From: the human T2T-CHM13v2.0 reference genome, Homo sapiens
Assembly (NCBI RefSeq): GCF_009914755.1
Contig: NC_060930.1
Length of the DNA stretch: 64,000 nucleotides
Direction: 5' to 3' (one strand)
Part shown: piece by piece, positions 28,051 to 41,269 of the stretch
How the letters are laid out: each line of letters starts with the position of its first letter
Numbering within the stretch: position 1 is the stretch's first letter
Program-made: the position numbers and the translations under genes
Notes under the pieces: model-generated
The model's input: the letters and a program-made list of their open reading frames with translations, nothing else
What the model was told of the DNA's origin: nothing
Database searches by the model: none

Positions 28051-28413
28051 TTCTTAGTCAGCTTGGGCTGCCATGACAAAATGTTATAGACTGGGCAATG
28101 TAAACAATAGATGTTTATTTCTCACAGTTCTGTAGACAGGGAAGTCCAGGATCAAGGTGCCAGAGGATTCAGTTCCCAGAGAGATCTCTCTCCCTGGCTT
28201 GCAGTCAGCTGCCTTCTTGCTAGCTCCTCACATGGCAAAGAGAGAGAGAAGGAACAAGCTCTTTGATATGTCTTTTTATAAGGGCACTAATTCCATTGTC
28301 TGGACTCCACCTGATAACCTCATATGAACCTAATTACCTCCCAAAGGTCTCATCTCCTAATGCCATCACACTGAGGGTTAGGGCTTCAATATACAAATGC
28401 GGAGGGGTGGAAA
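28051..28413 (-). mobile_element. MLT1A/MLT1A0 MaLR LTR
   Basis: cttagtcagcttgggctgccatgacaaaa...tttatttctcacagttctg...ctaattacctcccaaagg. Confidence 0.88.
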
Positions 28414-29025
28414 TGTTAGCAGCATAATGCATCTGACTCCTGTGGTACCAAATTATGTTACCAGTAGTGAAGCCAGCAACCTCAATTCCTGCCTCCTCAG
28501 AAGAGAGAATTTGACCAAGGGGCTTAGGCAGAATGAGAAACCAAGGCAAGTTTTACAGCAGGAGTGAAAAATTTATTTAAAAGCTTTAGAACAGGAATGA
28601 AAGAAAGTACACTTTGAAGAGGACCAAGCAGGTGACTAGAGAGATGAAGTGCATGGTTTGACCTTTTGACTTGGGGTTTTATACACTGGCATGCTTCCAG
28701 GGTCCTGTGTTACTTCTCCTCTGATTCTTCCCTTGGGGTAGGCTGTCTGCATGTGCAGCGGCCTGTCAGCACTTGGGAGGGGCCGCATCGCAGTGTGTTT
28801 ACTGAGATTGTACACCACTTGGGCCTTCCCTTACCAGTTGAGTGTTTCTAGAGGAAGGACACATACCAGTTACTCTGCCATTTTGCCTCTTAATGCATGT
28901 GCTTCAGACTACTCATCCAACTCCTGAGATTTTATTGGGAAGTTGCTGATCCTCAGTTTCAGGCTTTTTCTATCTATTGGGAGACTGCCTTTCTCTGGCA
29001 CTGGCTGTGATCAATTATCACATCA
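28414..29025 (-). mobile_element. MER50-like ERV1 LTR, truncated
   Basis: tgttagc... cagcaacctcaattcctgcctcctcagaagagagaatt...gcaagttttacagcaggagtg matches recalled MER50. Confidence 0.8.
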
Positions 29026-30355
29026 GAATTGATGGGAAAAACTGAATAGATAAACCATACTCTCAAAAGACGCATTGTCAAAATATGTCAAGAAATGAAT
29101 TTGATTTGGGATAAGTCATTGCTGGTTGCCCTGTTATGGATTAGAGTGGCTCTCTGAAGTAGGCTCAAATTGAGTCCCTTATGGTAGGCTACTCCAGGTG
29201 TCTGCTCCAGTGGGACCACCAACTGATGCTTTCAAAGATTTAGCAGTTGCCAAATATGTTAAGACTCTGGGCACTATACTGACTTCTGTTCATGAGTTTG
29301 CTTCTAGCAGGACCACTCATCCCACAGATGTAGCCCTAGATCATTTTCAACTGGGAGACTGTGTCCTCCTGAAGACTCTGAAAAAAAAAGGACTTGAACG
29401 CTGACCTCCTGCCAAGTTGACAAGGCCATTCAAAGTGCTGTCAAATATTCACTCATCAGTTAAGCTTGCTGGAAGAAAGCCATAGGTGCATCACACTCAG
29501 GTCAAGGCAGCACAACCAGAAGAAACCAGGAAAACAAGGGGCTTGGGAGCCCTTGGAGGATCCAAAGCTACTCTTACACAAAAACGGTAAGTGAAATAAA
29601 AATGTATGTCCTACCACATTTATTTAAGAATGCATTCCAATATCAAATGGCAAATTTCAACAATGCAAAAACCGCAATTACTCTTGCACCAACCTGAAGC
29701 CTGTTTCTCCAATCACCTGTAGGGTCTGATTGATAACTTCGTACCCAGAGGTCCATGCTTCTTTCTTACTCAGCACTGCATTACACATTATGTGCAAAGA
29801 AATAATAAGAACCCACAAGCTTACAAGTGTAATTTCTATTGACCAAATGACCTCCCTAGGTTAAGCCACCTGTTGCACTTACATTAATTCCTCCTCTAAA
29901 GTAGAGACCCATATTAATAAAATTATACAACAGGCCACCTGACTTCAACGAACTTTAGAACACCAAAGCAGAATTAATCTGGGCACTTTCAGGGACTGGT
30001 TTATAGACCTGTTCTCTGGGATTCCTAGTGGAATTCAGTTAATCCTGGAAAGCATTCTTAAATTGGGCCTTAATATTCTTCTTTTGTCATGGCGGCCTAC
30101 GTACTAGTAAAACTTACTATGTATTGCATAACCAAAGGTTGCATGAGTTTGACTATCAAAGCAAGAAAGGAGATGCCCATGATCATTGTTCCTAAAAGAA
30201 ACACTAAGGACTATTTCCTTAGGCGGGTCAAACTATTTTATTCTACAGTTGCCCCTCATCAACCTTGTCCAGCAAGAAATAGGCAGATGAGAGAAAAAAA
30301 TCCCTTTGTCTGCAATCCCACAAGATTGTGGAATGACCTTTGACAGTGCAGAAAT
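29026..30355 (+). mobile_element. ERV1 internal remnant: integrase C-terminal half and env TM remnant
   Basis: GKTE*INHTLKRRIVKICQE..L.WDKSL.VALLWIRVA (integrase core end); FQLGDCVLLKT and ..PF.VL..HSSVKLAG.KP*VHHTQVK (GPY/F module); WFIDLFSGIPSGIQLILESILKLGL at ~29997 (TM-like). Confidence 0.8.
29614..29696 (-). mobile_element. Hsmar1 mariner terminal fragment containing one TIR
   Basis: ccacatttatttaagaatgcattccaatatcaaatggcaaatttcaacaatgcaaaaaccgcaattactcttgcaccaacct is the reverse complement of the recalled Hsmar1 5' end. Confidence 0.85.
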
Positions 30356-30909
30356 TGTAGTAGTGAAAGGAAGTCTAGCATGACTAGTTCCATTTTGCTC
30401 CTAACCCCACCACTGCCCCTAGCACCCTAAACAATGATATCATTTAGGTCAACTGCTTTTGATTATTTCTGCACATAGGCCAAACTAATTATGGGAGGAA
30501 TTTACAGTTTACCTTTAAAGCAAGGATAATAGTCCCTTCCCAAAACAAACCCCTGAGGAGATAAGGATGGTGTACACACAAGGAACCATGTTATGTTAAA
30601 GATTTATAGGAGCATTGTGACCTGACCAAGGACAAGGCAGTTTCACAACCCTCCCTGAGATCCTTGTTGCCACCCAGATGTCTGTGATCATTGATCACCT
30701 CTTGATCTCAACCTCCTCCCTCTTCACCTTCCCCAACATAAACAGGGCCTAAAATTCTGTTAACTAAAGATGGTTCTTTAGGACATCAGTACACAATATT
30801 CTTGGTTTACTGGCTGTCCAAAATAAAGTCGCCTTCCTTCCCCTAACACCTTGTCTCTTGACTTACTGGCTATTTTGCAGCAAGTGATATGAGCTTGGAC
30901 TTGTTAACA
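30356..30909 (+). mobile_element. ERV1 3' LTR (MER4-group; subfamily uncertain)
   Basis: TG...CA ends (tgtagtag ... gttaaca), AATAAA at ~30822, directly follows the env remnant; ggccaaactaattatgggaggaattta motif. Confidence 0.75.
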
Positions 30910-31213
30910 GTTCAGCAATATATATGAATAAAAACAGAAATTATATATATACATACATATATATATGAGGAGAGGGAATATGTGTAAATGTAGGTGAATC
31001 TAGGTAAAAGCTATATGAATGTCAATTGTAATAATCTTACAGATTTTTGGTAGGTCTGATTCTCTTTCAGAATAAAAGTGTATGGATAATTTAAAAAATG
31101 TTGAGAGTTCTCTTCTGAGAGGTGTTCAAGTAGAGACTAGATGAATTCCTGAGTAATAGGGATTTTTGCTTGGTTTATAAAATGAGACTGGATGATTTCA
31201 CTTTGACCCTTAA

Positions 31214-31605
31214 TGTGATGATTAATTTTATGTGTAACTTGGCTAGGCCACAGTATCCAGATATTTGGTCAATCAGCAGTCTGAATGTTTTTGTGAAGGT
31301 ATTTTTTTTTTACATGAGATTACCATTTAAATCAGTAGACTTTGAATAAAGCAGGTTACACTCCACAATGTGGGTAAGGTTCATTCAATCCATTGAAGGC
31401 CTTAGGAGAAAACACTGAAGTCCCAGAGGAAGAGAGAATTCTGCCTTCTGACGGTCTTCAGACTGAAATGGCAACATCATCTTTTCCCTGGGTCTCAAGT
31501 CTTCCAGCCTATCCTGCTTATTTTGGACTTGCCATCCTCCATAATCACATGAGCCAAATACTTAAATCAATGGTTTCTGTTTCTCTGGTGAACCTTGACT
31601 AATAA
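31214..31605 (+). mobile_element. MLT2 (ERVL) solo LTR, MLT2C/D-like
   Basis: tgtgatgattaattttatgtgtaacttggctaggccac ... ggtttctgtttctctggtgaaccttgactaata. Confidence 0.9.
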
Positions 31606-32859
31606 GCTTAGATTCTATTTCCAGCTGCCTCCATGCAACTCCTAATATTCTTCGCTGTTTCTTCATCTTCCCAGAAGCCCCTTACCCTCCCTCCCACTCC
31701 TTGTGTTCAGGGCCTGATATGTAATAGAAGCTCCTCCCCACTACCAATTATGTAACGCAAGGCTAACTGAGAAGAAGCTCAAGGTGCAGTCTAAAAACCA
31801 ATATATCATTTGTTATTCTTATTATTATAAGTTTTGCAATTACCACGACTGCTATATTGAACATGTTAGAATCATGGCCAGCCTGAAGCCTAACCTCTGA
31901 ATGATCCATATCTAATCACAGAGTATCAGTGTCTTAAATGTCACCCCACTCCACTGCTGTGATATATGCCTTCATTAAGATTAAGGAGAAAGAATTTAAA
32001 TATCAGAGCTGAGCACTGAGCAATCTTGTCATTTCTATTGATCACCTAATGAAAATTTATGGCATTTAACAGTGAAAACATCAGTTTACATAACGATGCT
32101 AGCTTCTACCACTGTGCTCATGCCATTTCCAGGAAAGCCTTCATCATATTTACTGTAACAGTGCATTTTTAAGGGTCTTCCAACTGCAGAAAGCACACTA
32201 TAGCTGAAGAAAGATGGGGTACTTTAGTTCTGCCGTTTTGTTACCAAGTGATGTAAATAAAATTTAGACACTGGTCAGCATGATGAGAACCCAGAAAGTT
32301 GAAATGTAGAGACTGGTTTCCTGCAGATGTGATATTTTAGAGCAACCATAAAAAAATCCAAATAGGGAGGATAAATGTAAGGATAGAAACAGTCACAGAG
32401 TAATAAACTAACACCTTTAAAAAAAGTAAAGAAGTGTATCACATAGTTGAAATGGGTGAGAATTGTGTCACCTACAGAATCTAATTTATAGTCATCAGAG
32501 GAAATAAAAATATTCCCAAGAAGCAACTGTTCCTGGCAAGCTGTTGTGGATGCCACTCCTGGCAACTGTGACCCTGCCATAATTTCAGAAGTTAGACATC
32601 ATTTGCTAAACAAGAAACTTCCAATTTCTTTTTAAATTAATCATGAGTATGGAAAGGGGAAAAGGTTCACTGTCCTCGATTTTCCAGATTCCTCTGAGCT
32701 CCAAAGCACACAGAGGGCAACAGGCATGCTATCTTTTCAGAAAGACACTCTCTGACCTTCTTATCTAAAGCAACACATGCACCCCATGGCTTTCCAGCCC
32801 CTCACTCTGCTGTCTTCACAGAGCCTATTACTGCCCGAGAACAGTAGGCTGGCAGCTGG

Positions 32860-33100
32860 TAAGGCCTACGACCTGAAGCTGGCGGCCTGCATGTGCAGCC
32901 TGACTCTGTGACTTGACAGCTGGGGGGCGGGGTGGGGAGGAGGAAGACCTTGGATAAGGTACTTAATTTTCCTGTTCCTCCGTTTCCTCTTCTGGAAAAT
33001 AGGAATGTTAATAGTGCCTATCTCATAAGATTGTGAGAATTAAGTGAGTTACTATTGAAAGCCCTGGGAGCACTGTCTGGCAAATAGTCATACTCTGTGA
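32860..33100 (+). mobile_element. MIR SINE
   Basis: gaccttggataaggtacttaat...cctccgtttcctcttctggaaaataggaat...ttgtgagaattaagtgag. Confidence 0.8.
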
Positions 33101-34104
33101 AATAAAACAGGTGAGCAAAATGTATTCATTGTTTATCATGTGCCCTATTGGAAGATGAGCCCCACAAGAGAAGCACCTTATCTTACACTCTATTGTACCC
33201 TCAGTGCTTATGGCAGTGCCTGGCCCATGGTGGGCCTCAGTAAATACCTGCAGAAGGTAAGGCTGGGAGCACTGTCTGCTTCTTTTGTGCTGCTTTCCTG
33301 GTTTCTCTCCTCTCTTACTCAAATGACCTCATTTGGGTGATCTGGCTTATGTGTTTAGTTAGAAACTCATTAAAATATTTTATGCCAACAAATTCTCTAG
33401 GAATGTAATCTTGTTAATCCATTCATTCATTAATTCATTTATTAAGATCATATAGTTGAAGGCCTATAGTGTCTCCTGACTCAAATATATGGCCCAGAAA
33501 CAATACTCAGCGTGTATTTCAACTATAAGATAATGAGATGTCATTTAAATAACCACTCTAGGCTAAGCCATTGGGTACAGAGGCCAGCGGGGAAAAGGGA
33601 TAAGTTAGGAACAGTCAGGGTTGAGATCAGGAACCAACTTTGCCATTGAACATGCATGGGAGGGGTGGCCTGCCTTCCAAATCACAAAATAAAAGGGATC
33701 CAACCAAGCTGGCAGCTTTATCCAGGGTCTTCTGTGGTGAACAGAGTGCCACAGAGCACCCTGCAGACGGGGTAATCATCAGGTCTGGTCCTAGCTAAAT
33801 GGAGGGGCAAAAGGACCCATTTGAATTGAAACAAGTCCTTAGTCAGCAACTGAGCTGACTCAGGGTTCAACTCCCAGGAAGTTCACAGTTGAAGTAGTCT
33901 GGGCCTGACTAAGAATTCACACGTTCTCCAGCTCCAGACACATGACCTGTATTTTAGAACAGAGTCCAGTGCCAGCAGGAGACTGGAGAACGAATCAGTG
34001 ACCAGTGTGCGCTGCAGTCTGCAGCCATATTGCAGTCTCCATGAAACCCTTGGTTTTGGTCTTTCCTCATTTAGGGGGCTGGGCTTTCATGTGCATTTGA
34101 AAGC

Positions 34105-34900
34105 CAACATCCTTTAGTTCTTGGAAATGTCACTTATTACTTCTTTAGCAATTACCTCCTTTCCATTTTCTCTCTTCCAGAAATTCTTAATTAAATCTAT
34201 TTCCTAGTTTGATCCTTTAACTTTTTTATTATTTCTTTTTCTGTTTTCCTGTTAGAAATCTGTAGGGGCTTTTGTTTGTTTTGCTTACCAGTCTATTTCC
34301 TTAAATTTATCTCCTAGCAATTCTACTGATTTCAGCTTTCAAATGTTAACTTCTAAGATCCTACCAGTTCTTGTTTTATGGATATAGTGTATTCTCATCT
34401 CCCTCTGAGGAATGTGGTTATAAAGTGTTTGGGGCTGTTACTTTTCTTGCCTGTATAGTTGCTGAATCCTTTGAGTTCCTCTTTAGTTTTTCCTTTTTTG
34501 TCTCTGCCTTGCTTCTCGAAGACTTCCTTGACATCTGTTCCTCTTTGTCAGTCCTTACTCATAAGAGTGAGCCCCTTGAGAGTGGAGTGAAGCTCTGTGT
34601 TCAAGGCTAGTCCTTATTTCCTGGTTAGCTTCACTGTGGGATTATGGGTAGAGATGGCCATTTTGTTGAGTGACCCTCAAATACTGGCATCTGTAGGTCT
34701 GTTCTCCTGCTCAATCTGTTTATCCAGAGAGCATCCTCCACTCTCCTAGCTGGAGAGCTAAGGCTGGTCACCAGAGAATGGAGGTTGAGTTAGGCAGGGG
34801 CTCACTACTTGGTATGTAGACTTTCACTGAATTCCCTGCTTCCATCCTCTTGCCTCACCTCCTCCACTTCTCCCAACTGGTGTTCCTGAATCTGTCCCTT
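34105..34900 (-). mobile_element. Ancient L1/HAL1-like fragment
   Basis: T-rich antisense ORF1-like composition (cctcctttccattttctctctt...); highly diverged. Confidence 0.4.
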
Positions 34901-36599
34901 CTTTGGGAACTTCAGAAAGTTAATCAAGTCTTTCTAGCAAATTCTAAAGATCACAAGGAATAGCTTACTCAGTGGGATCATTTTTACAGGGTTGCAAATC
35001 AGAACTTAAAGACATTTTTCAGGCATCGCCTTTTGAGGACAATGATTAAAAGGGGCTAAAAAAAAATCATTAAGAGCTTAGTAATAGAACAGCCTGATTG
35101 TGCAGGCTAGGATATTCACATGCATGCTCCCAGACACTTTAGGGTATAGGACCGGGCATGGGGTGGGAGTGGAGGGGCAGCCCAGGGACTTCCACGTGTG
35201 TCTTGTTTTGGGTTCATAAGAGGAGACTATGGGGTAAATCACTTTACCTTCACTAGTGAAATTAAATTAGAGGGTTAGAGTGTGGGATCTTTAGGTTCCC
35301 TTCAGCTCTAAGATCATCTGTTCTATTCCACAGTAATGAAGTCATCTCATTTTTATCCCTGTAGATAGCTAGGATGAATCATATACAGACATAAATTCTA
35401 CTTCAAGACATTAAGGTGATATGACATGAATGTCACAAATAACAATAACATCTCCCACATCTTGTGGTTTGAAGGGATAAATGAAGAAGCAGTGTTACCT
35501 GTGCTTTGCACTTGTAGTTATGTGAGCTTTTCTGTCAGGCATGAAAAGGCAAAGGCTGTAAAATGGTTTCTTTTAAGGCTTGTTAACATTGGAATTTTAT
35601 ATTTCAAAACCTGCATTATATATTTAGGAAATAAGAGTGAAACAAACCAGTGTGGGTGGCTGGGGATGAATTTGAATGTGTAATTATACACATCACTTCT
35701 GAAGGGCAGCTGCAGGAAGCATGTTGATACGCTGCTCTGGGGTCTATGAGATTGGTTGCTAATGAATGCTTAGCACACACACATTTACACACACAGACAC
35801 AGTCATGCATGACCTTGGCATCTGCCCTTGGAAATGTCTGGAAATGCTTTCAACACTGCCTTTGTATACAGTGAAGTGTCCTGGTAATCAGTCTTATGAG
35901 ATACTGGGAACTATTTCAGCAAAAAATAAAAAAAATAAAGAGAAGGTATTATTCCTCTGGAAAACCTTTGTTCTTCCATAAGATTAGTTCCTTTCCCTCA
36001 TACCTCCTTGGGATAAGAGTTTTCTCAATTAGAAATGTTTTTATCTGCAATTTTTAAGGGAATGGCTTCCTGGCACCCTTGCAGGTCTCCACACAGGCCC
36101 TGGAGGTGAGGCTCAGCTGCAGCCTGACTTGGCTTGGTGAACGAACACCTTGTCATGTTCTCAGGAATTTGGCATGAGTGGCAGTTCCGTGCGGTGCTGT
36201 CAAGGCTGTTGCCATTCACCTCCCTACCTTGTGGGAGGTTGTCACAAGGTCATTTCCCATCTGTTTTCCTGGTTCTGGTGAGGTATGGGACTTTCCATCT
36301 GTCCCCCTTCTTCAGGAACTGTTGCAGACTATAAAAGTGCTTGGCTGGAGCCTAGAGTTGTTGACTTCTCAGTCACAGGGTGAGGAGTGACCCACTGCTT
36401 GTGCTCCCCATCATCTCCCTCCTTGGCTTGGTGTCATCCTGTGGAACAATGGTGGCAGGTAGCTGACACCATGCTGATCTTTTATGCTGTCTATATGAGT
36501 TATAGATTGGCTAAATCCATTTTGGCTTGTTGTCTCCTTACCAGCCGAATCTCTAGAAATATGGCCAGCAAAGCTAGCAGCCGCCCCCATGCTATTGCT

Positions 36600-37125
36600 T
36601 AGTGACTGCCTGGCTGCTTGGTAGAAAACTCAACCAGCTTAAGAAAGAAGGGATGTCTCCTTTCCTCACATGCCAAGAAGTCAGGACACAGGCAACTGTT
36701 AAGTCAGCGACATGATGTCAGGGCTGATCCACTGCGAAAATTTCTCAGTCATCTTCGTCCTAAGATGGCTGTTCTGGTTCTGGATATCAAATCACATCTG
36801 CATTTAAGGCAAGATGAAGCAGTGAAAGCAGGAATCATCATCTGTCTGCTTTATTATGAAAGCAAAAGCTCTCTCAGAAATACTCCAGCAGACTTCACCT
36901 TGTGCACCATTGGCCATAACAGGATCATAATACCCTGAGCTTAAAAAAAAAAAAAATAGTTTCTGAAAAAGAGGAGCTAGATCAGCATGATGGGCCTACA
37001 CTAGACCAGACTCGTCAGAGTACACATTTGGGCTGGTCTCCTTACCTTTCTGAACCAAACATGAGTTTCATTGGTGGGACATAAGAAGAGTATAAGTTGG
37101 ATAGGCAACAAGTTGTATCTGCCAT
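36600..37125 (-). mobile_element. Old MaLR LTR (MLT1J/K/L-like)
   Basis: aagatggctg...ccagcagacttc...cattggcca...tggataggcaac...tctgcca motifs. Confidence 0.6.
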
Positions 37126-37989
37126 TTGAACCAGTGTTGCCAGTCCCAGCCTCTTATCCCAGCTCAGTAGGGAAGACCTGTCAGTCGCTGACTCTACTAT
37201 CTCTTCTTGCTTGCACATCAATTATATCTCATATTTGAACTGACCAGTGAATAACTGGGGCATTGCAAACACAATTTCCAGTTCTTCAGAAACTGTAAAT
37301 CCAATCTGAAAGAAAACAGTTGAGAGTTGTCACGATCAAGGACTATAAATGCACCAGCACCTGAACTCCTTCCTTTTCTTACCTGACAACATCAAATGTT
37401 TAGAAGCAAAATGACATTATGTGAACATTGAGAGTCTGATGCCACCATAAGCTTACCCACCTTTGCAGTATTCCAAATAAAATAAATTTCTTTCAGGTAA
37501 GAGTACTACTATATCCCATCTTGTTTAAGTAAGAGATAATTGGGATTATTGCCTGCGTTTGGGAAATTGATACAAGAAAAAGCCAACCTACTTTGTCTGG
37601 AGGGTAGAAAGTTATTCAAATGCTAAGATAGGAACTAATCCCTCAGGAGCTAGGCTATGAGAACTTAGCCTACCTTTTCCTTCTCTCCTACCTAACTCCT
37701 AAATATCCCTCAAGATGCTGCTTAAAAATAATTTTCTTTTTCATGTGTTTATTATAATGCTTACCACTGGCACACTGGAATTATTTACTGAGACAGTTGT
37801 CTTACCCACTACATTAGGAAATTTTCCAGGGGAACAGTTTTGTTCCAAACACTTAGCACAAAGTAGAATGCACAGTAGTAAGTTCTTAACATGTTTTTGT
37901 TGAATAAAATCTATTTATACCTTCCTTGATGGCTGTCAAAAAACTATTTAAAACATGCATAATTAATAATGTAATTAAGTTCTATATCT

Positions 37990-38935
37990 TCATTGAAGCA
38001 CATCAAAATAAAAAGTGCATTTATGGTCCAAAACAAAGACACAGGTAAAAAGCAAATTCAAACCAGGAAAAATATCTGCAACTCTTATCATATAAATATG
38101 ATTTATTTCCTTAATATGTAAACCGTTATAAATTGAGATGAAAAAGATCAATCAGCCAAAAGATAAATGAGCGAGGACATGAACAGACAGTTCACATAAA
38201 AATGACCCTTAGTGAGATGACACACAACCTTACCCATACTTTTAAAAATGCAAAGAAATGATAAGTGAGAAGCCATTCTCACTTATCGTGTTGGCAAAAA
38301 TCCAAAAATTCTGTAATATACTCTGTTAGTGAGACTGTGGGAAAGCAGGCACTTTCAACATTTCTGTAGGAACCCAAGTGGTACAGCTCTGAGAGGGGAC
38401 CATGTAGCAGTTTCCATACAGTATTACAGATGCTTTCACCCTTTAACTCAATTAACCTATAACAGGGAGTTTATCCTATGGAAATCTCTGCACAGTTACA
38501 AAATGACATGCACAAGTGATGTGTTATGGTATTGTTTGTAATAGCCTAAGAAACAACCCATTTCCATAAAGAGAGGACTGGTTAAATAAAGTGCAGTATG
38601 TCCTCAAAATGGAACACTAGGTGCTGAAAAAGAATGAAGACAGCCTCTCTGTTACATTGTGGGAAGGTATCCAGGATAGATGGCTCAGAAGAAAAGTTCA
38701 GAATAGTGAACACATTATGATGCCCATAGTGTCATAAAGAAGAGGAAAAGAATATGTATTTGTTTTGGTTTGCAACTGCATAAAGTACTGGAAAGGTATA
38801 CTGTAAGGAGGGGGGCTGACCGGGTGGATAGAATAGAAGCAAAACTCAACGTATAACATTTTTATTTTAAAAATCCATGAATTAAAAATAATAATCTACC
38901 TGTGAATTATTACTTATTAAAAATTAAAAATTTTA
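37990..38935 (+). mobile_element. Ancient L1 (L1ME-like) 3' fragment
   Basis: ggacatgaacagacagttcac, ttggcaaaaat, aaacaacc...gactggttaaataaa motifs. Confidence 0.75.
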
Positions 38936-41042
38936 AATCATACACCTTGCACATAGTGTTTACAGCCAAACTGCATGTGTTTAAATTTCTGCCTCACTTA
39001 CTACATAAGTGAATTTTGGCAAATTTCTTAACCCCTTTCTTTTTTTGTTGATGAGTTAATAAATACAAAGGAATCAAGCCTAAAACACAGTGAGTTCTAC
39101 ATGACTGTAGTCTGTTATTAATACTGCATTTAACAGTAATAATTTTGAAGAACACTTTAACCCTTTAGTGATAAGATTTCCTGAATTCTTCTGATATTCC
39201 TAACTTTTTTCCCCCCAAAGGTGGTAAAATGAATGCCAAGAGAAATACAGTAATATCAAACAGCACTGAGCCAGGGCCAGGTACAAATACAGGAGCCGAC
39301 ACTTGGGCATTGCTAGATCATTCCATGTCACACATATGGAAACCCTAAGAAACAAGGTCATTGATTTCTCTTTCTTTTTAACAAATCAAAAAGAGAATAT
39401 AATAAATTGGATTATGAGGCATTATGAGTGCGCAAAGTGTTGGAAGATGTGCAAGACAGCTATAAAACACAGCCCCTGAAAGTATCTGCTGCAATTCTTG
39501 ATGAAATCAATAGACGACATCTTTCCTAGATACCCAGAAAACGGGAGTCGCTGTCAGGCTGGGAGTTTCTAGAGAAAGACTCTAAATAAATATGTGGCCA
39601 CAGGTTCCATAGCACTGCTTGTATTTACAGTTTTGAACACACCCACCCCATGGTTGCTTATTTTAAAAAATAAAAACTCACGGATGCAGAAATGATATAA
39701 TCAGCAAGGCACTGTCAGTAAATTTGCCAACTCCCTTTGGATGGCTTATGTTGCCTGTTTCTGTGGAAAATGAATTTGTGCACGACATTTTAATGTTTGG
39801 ATTATCAGGTAACGCCGATTCAAAACAGCACAAAGAAACAGCTTAGGCATTTTTCCTTCTAATCAGAAAAAGCAGCTTACCACATTGTGGAGAAATTGTG
39901 CCCCCTGCTGATTTAACTTGATATTAGCGTCATTGGTCTTTTGGGTTGTTTTTTTTTTTTAAAGGCCTGCAGTGCCGCAGGGTAGTGCAGTGTCTTCAAG
40001 GTCAGTAATTTACATGTCCTCCTCTCGAGGCTAAGGCAGCCTCTCCTTGCAAATAGGAAGTTTTTGCTTGATCGTGACCTTGGGAAAAAGGAAGCAAAGG
40101 AGGAATGCCTCCTTTTATGAGCTTTCTGGAGATATTTGTTCTAAGAACCTTCTCAGTATTCCCCGTACCTTTGGTGACTCTGAATAAGGAAAGCGAGCAA
40201 GCAGTGAAGAGAGAGGAGCTGGTTGCGGGTGAGCACACGCCCCTTGTAATTAATCTCCACTTCAGGACCAAAAGACAGTAGAGCTCCGTTCACTGATGGA
40301 GTTTATTCAGTCTGCGAAAACTATTACCACCAATGAATAGCAATCACGATGGGGCATTCCAGGTGCTCAGATGTCATTCTGTTAACTTGGTGTGAGCTAC
40401 CCTCTGAAAGGCTCCAGCCCTGGACAATATTGTTAACCAGGGATGTAGCATTAGTAACGGCAGACTCTTTCTGTGGCCCTCATTTTTATCTTGATGCTTT
40501 GTTCCCTTCTTTTTTATTGCCTCTCCACCTGGGCTTTTAATGTGTTTTTCCTAGGCTGGTACTTATTTCCAACAAGCTGCCAAGTAATCTCTCTGGAAAA
40601 GTCAACGGACTTTTTTTTTTTTTTTTTTCTGTTCTTTACTTGTGTTTTTCTTTTTCTGTGTATTTTTCTTTGTGTGTTTGTGTGTGTGTGTTTGCTTGCA
40701 TTTTGCTCGTGTTCTTTGCTTTGTTTGTGTTCTTCTGATAATTGCATCTTTAGGAGAAATTCCTGAATGAACACAGAGAGGACTTTAGCAACGCATTCGG
40801 CCTTGGAGAAGATAAAGGAGGAAATTTTCTAAGGTGGGGAGGACCTTTCCTCACGTCTGTCCTAGACAAGGCCACAGGCTGCAGGGCTGCGTCTCTGCCA
40901 ACTGTGACAAGAACAGCCTCTTCCAGTCTACGGGATGCAATACTTTGTCCAATATTCAGTTAACAGGTAGTAAATATTGTCTTTCCCTCCTCTGTACCTT
41001 AAAAGGGCTTTCAGTCTTTCCAAGGGCCCTTTGCTCTTTGGT

Positions 41043-41200
41043 TAGAGTTGCCAGATTTAGTCAATAAAAGTCCAGGGCACCCAGTCTGGATTTTATTTTA
41101 ATATGAATTTCAGATAACGATTTTTTAAAAAGTATTTGTATTTGTTATTTATCTGAAATTCAGATTTAACTGGGCTGTCGTACTTTACCTGGCAACCCTA
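41043..41200. mobile_element. MER53 palindromic MITE with central deletion
   Basis: TIRs tagagttgccag / ctggcaacccta and internal inverted tgaatttcagataa / ttatctgaaattca. Confidence 0.88.
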
Positions 41201-41269
41201 TCTTTGATTGAACTCTGTTTTCACGCTGTTTTCCAGGGCATTCGAAATCTAGCTGAGTGACTGCTGAGC

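Noticed and set aside
41043-41200. MER53 as a miR-1302-family precursor
   Set aside because: The central part of MER53 that carries the mature sequence appears deleted in this copy.
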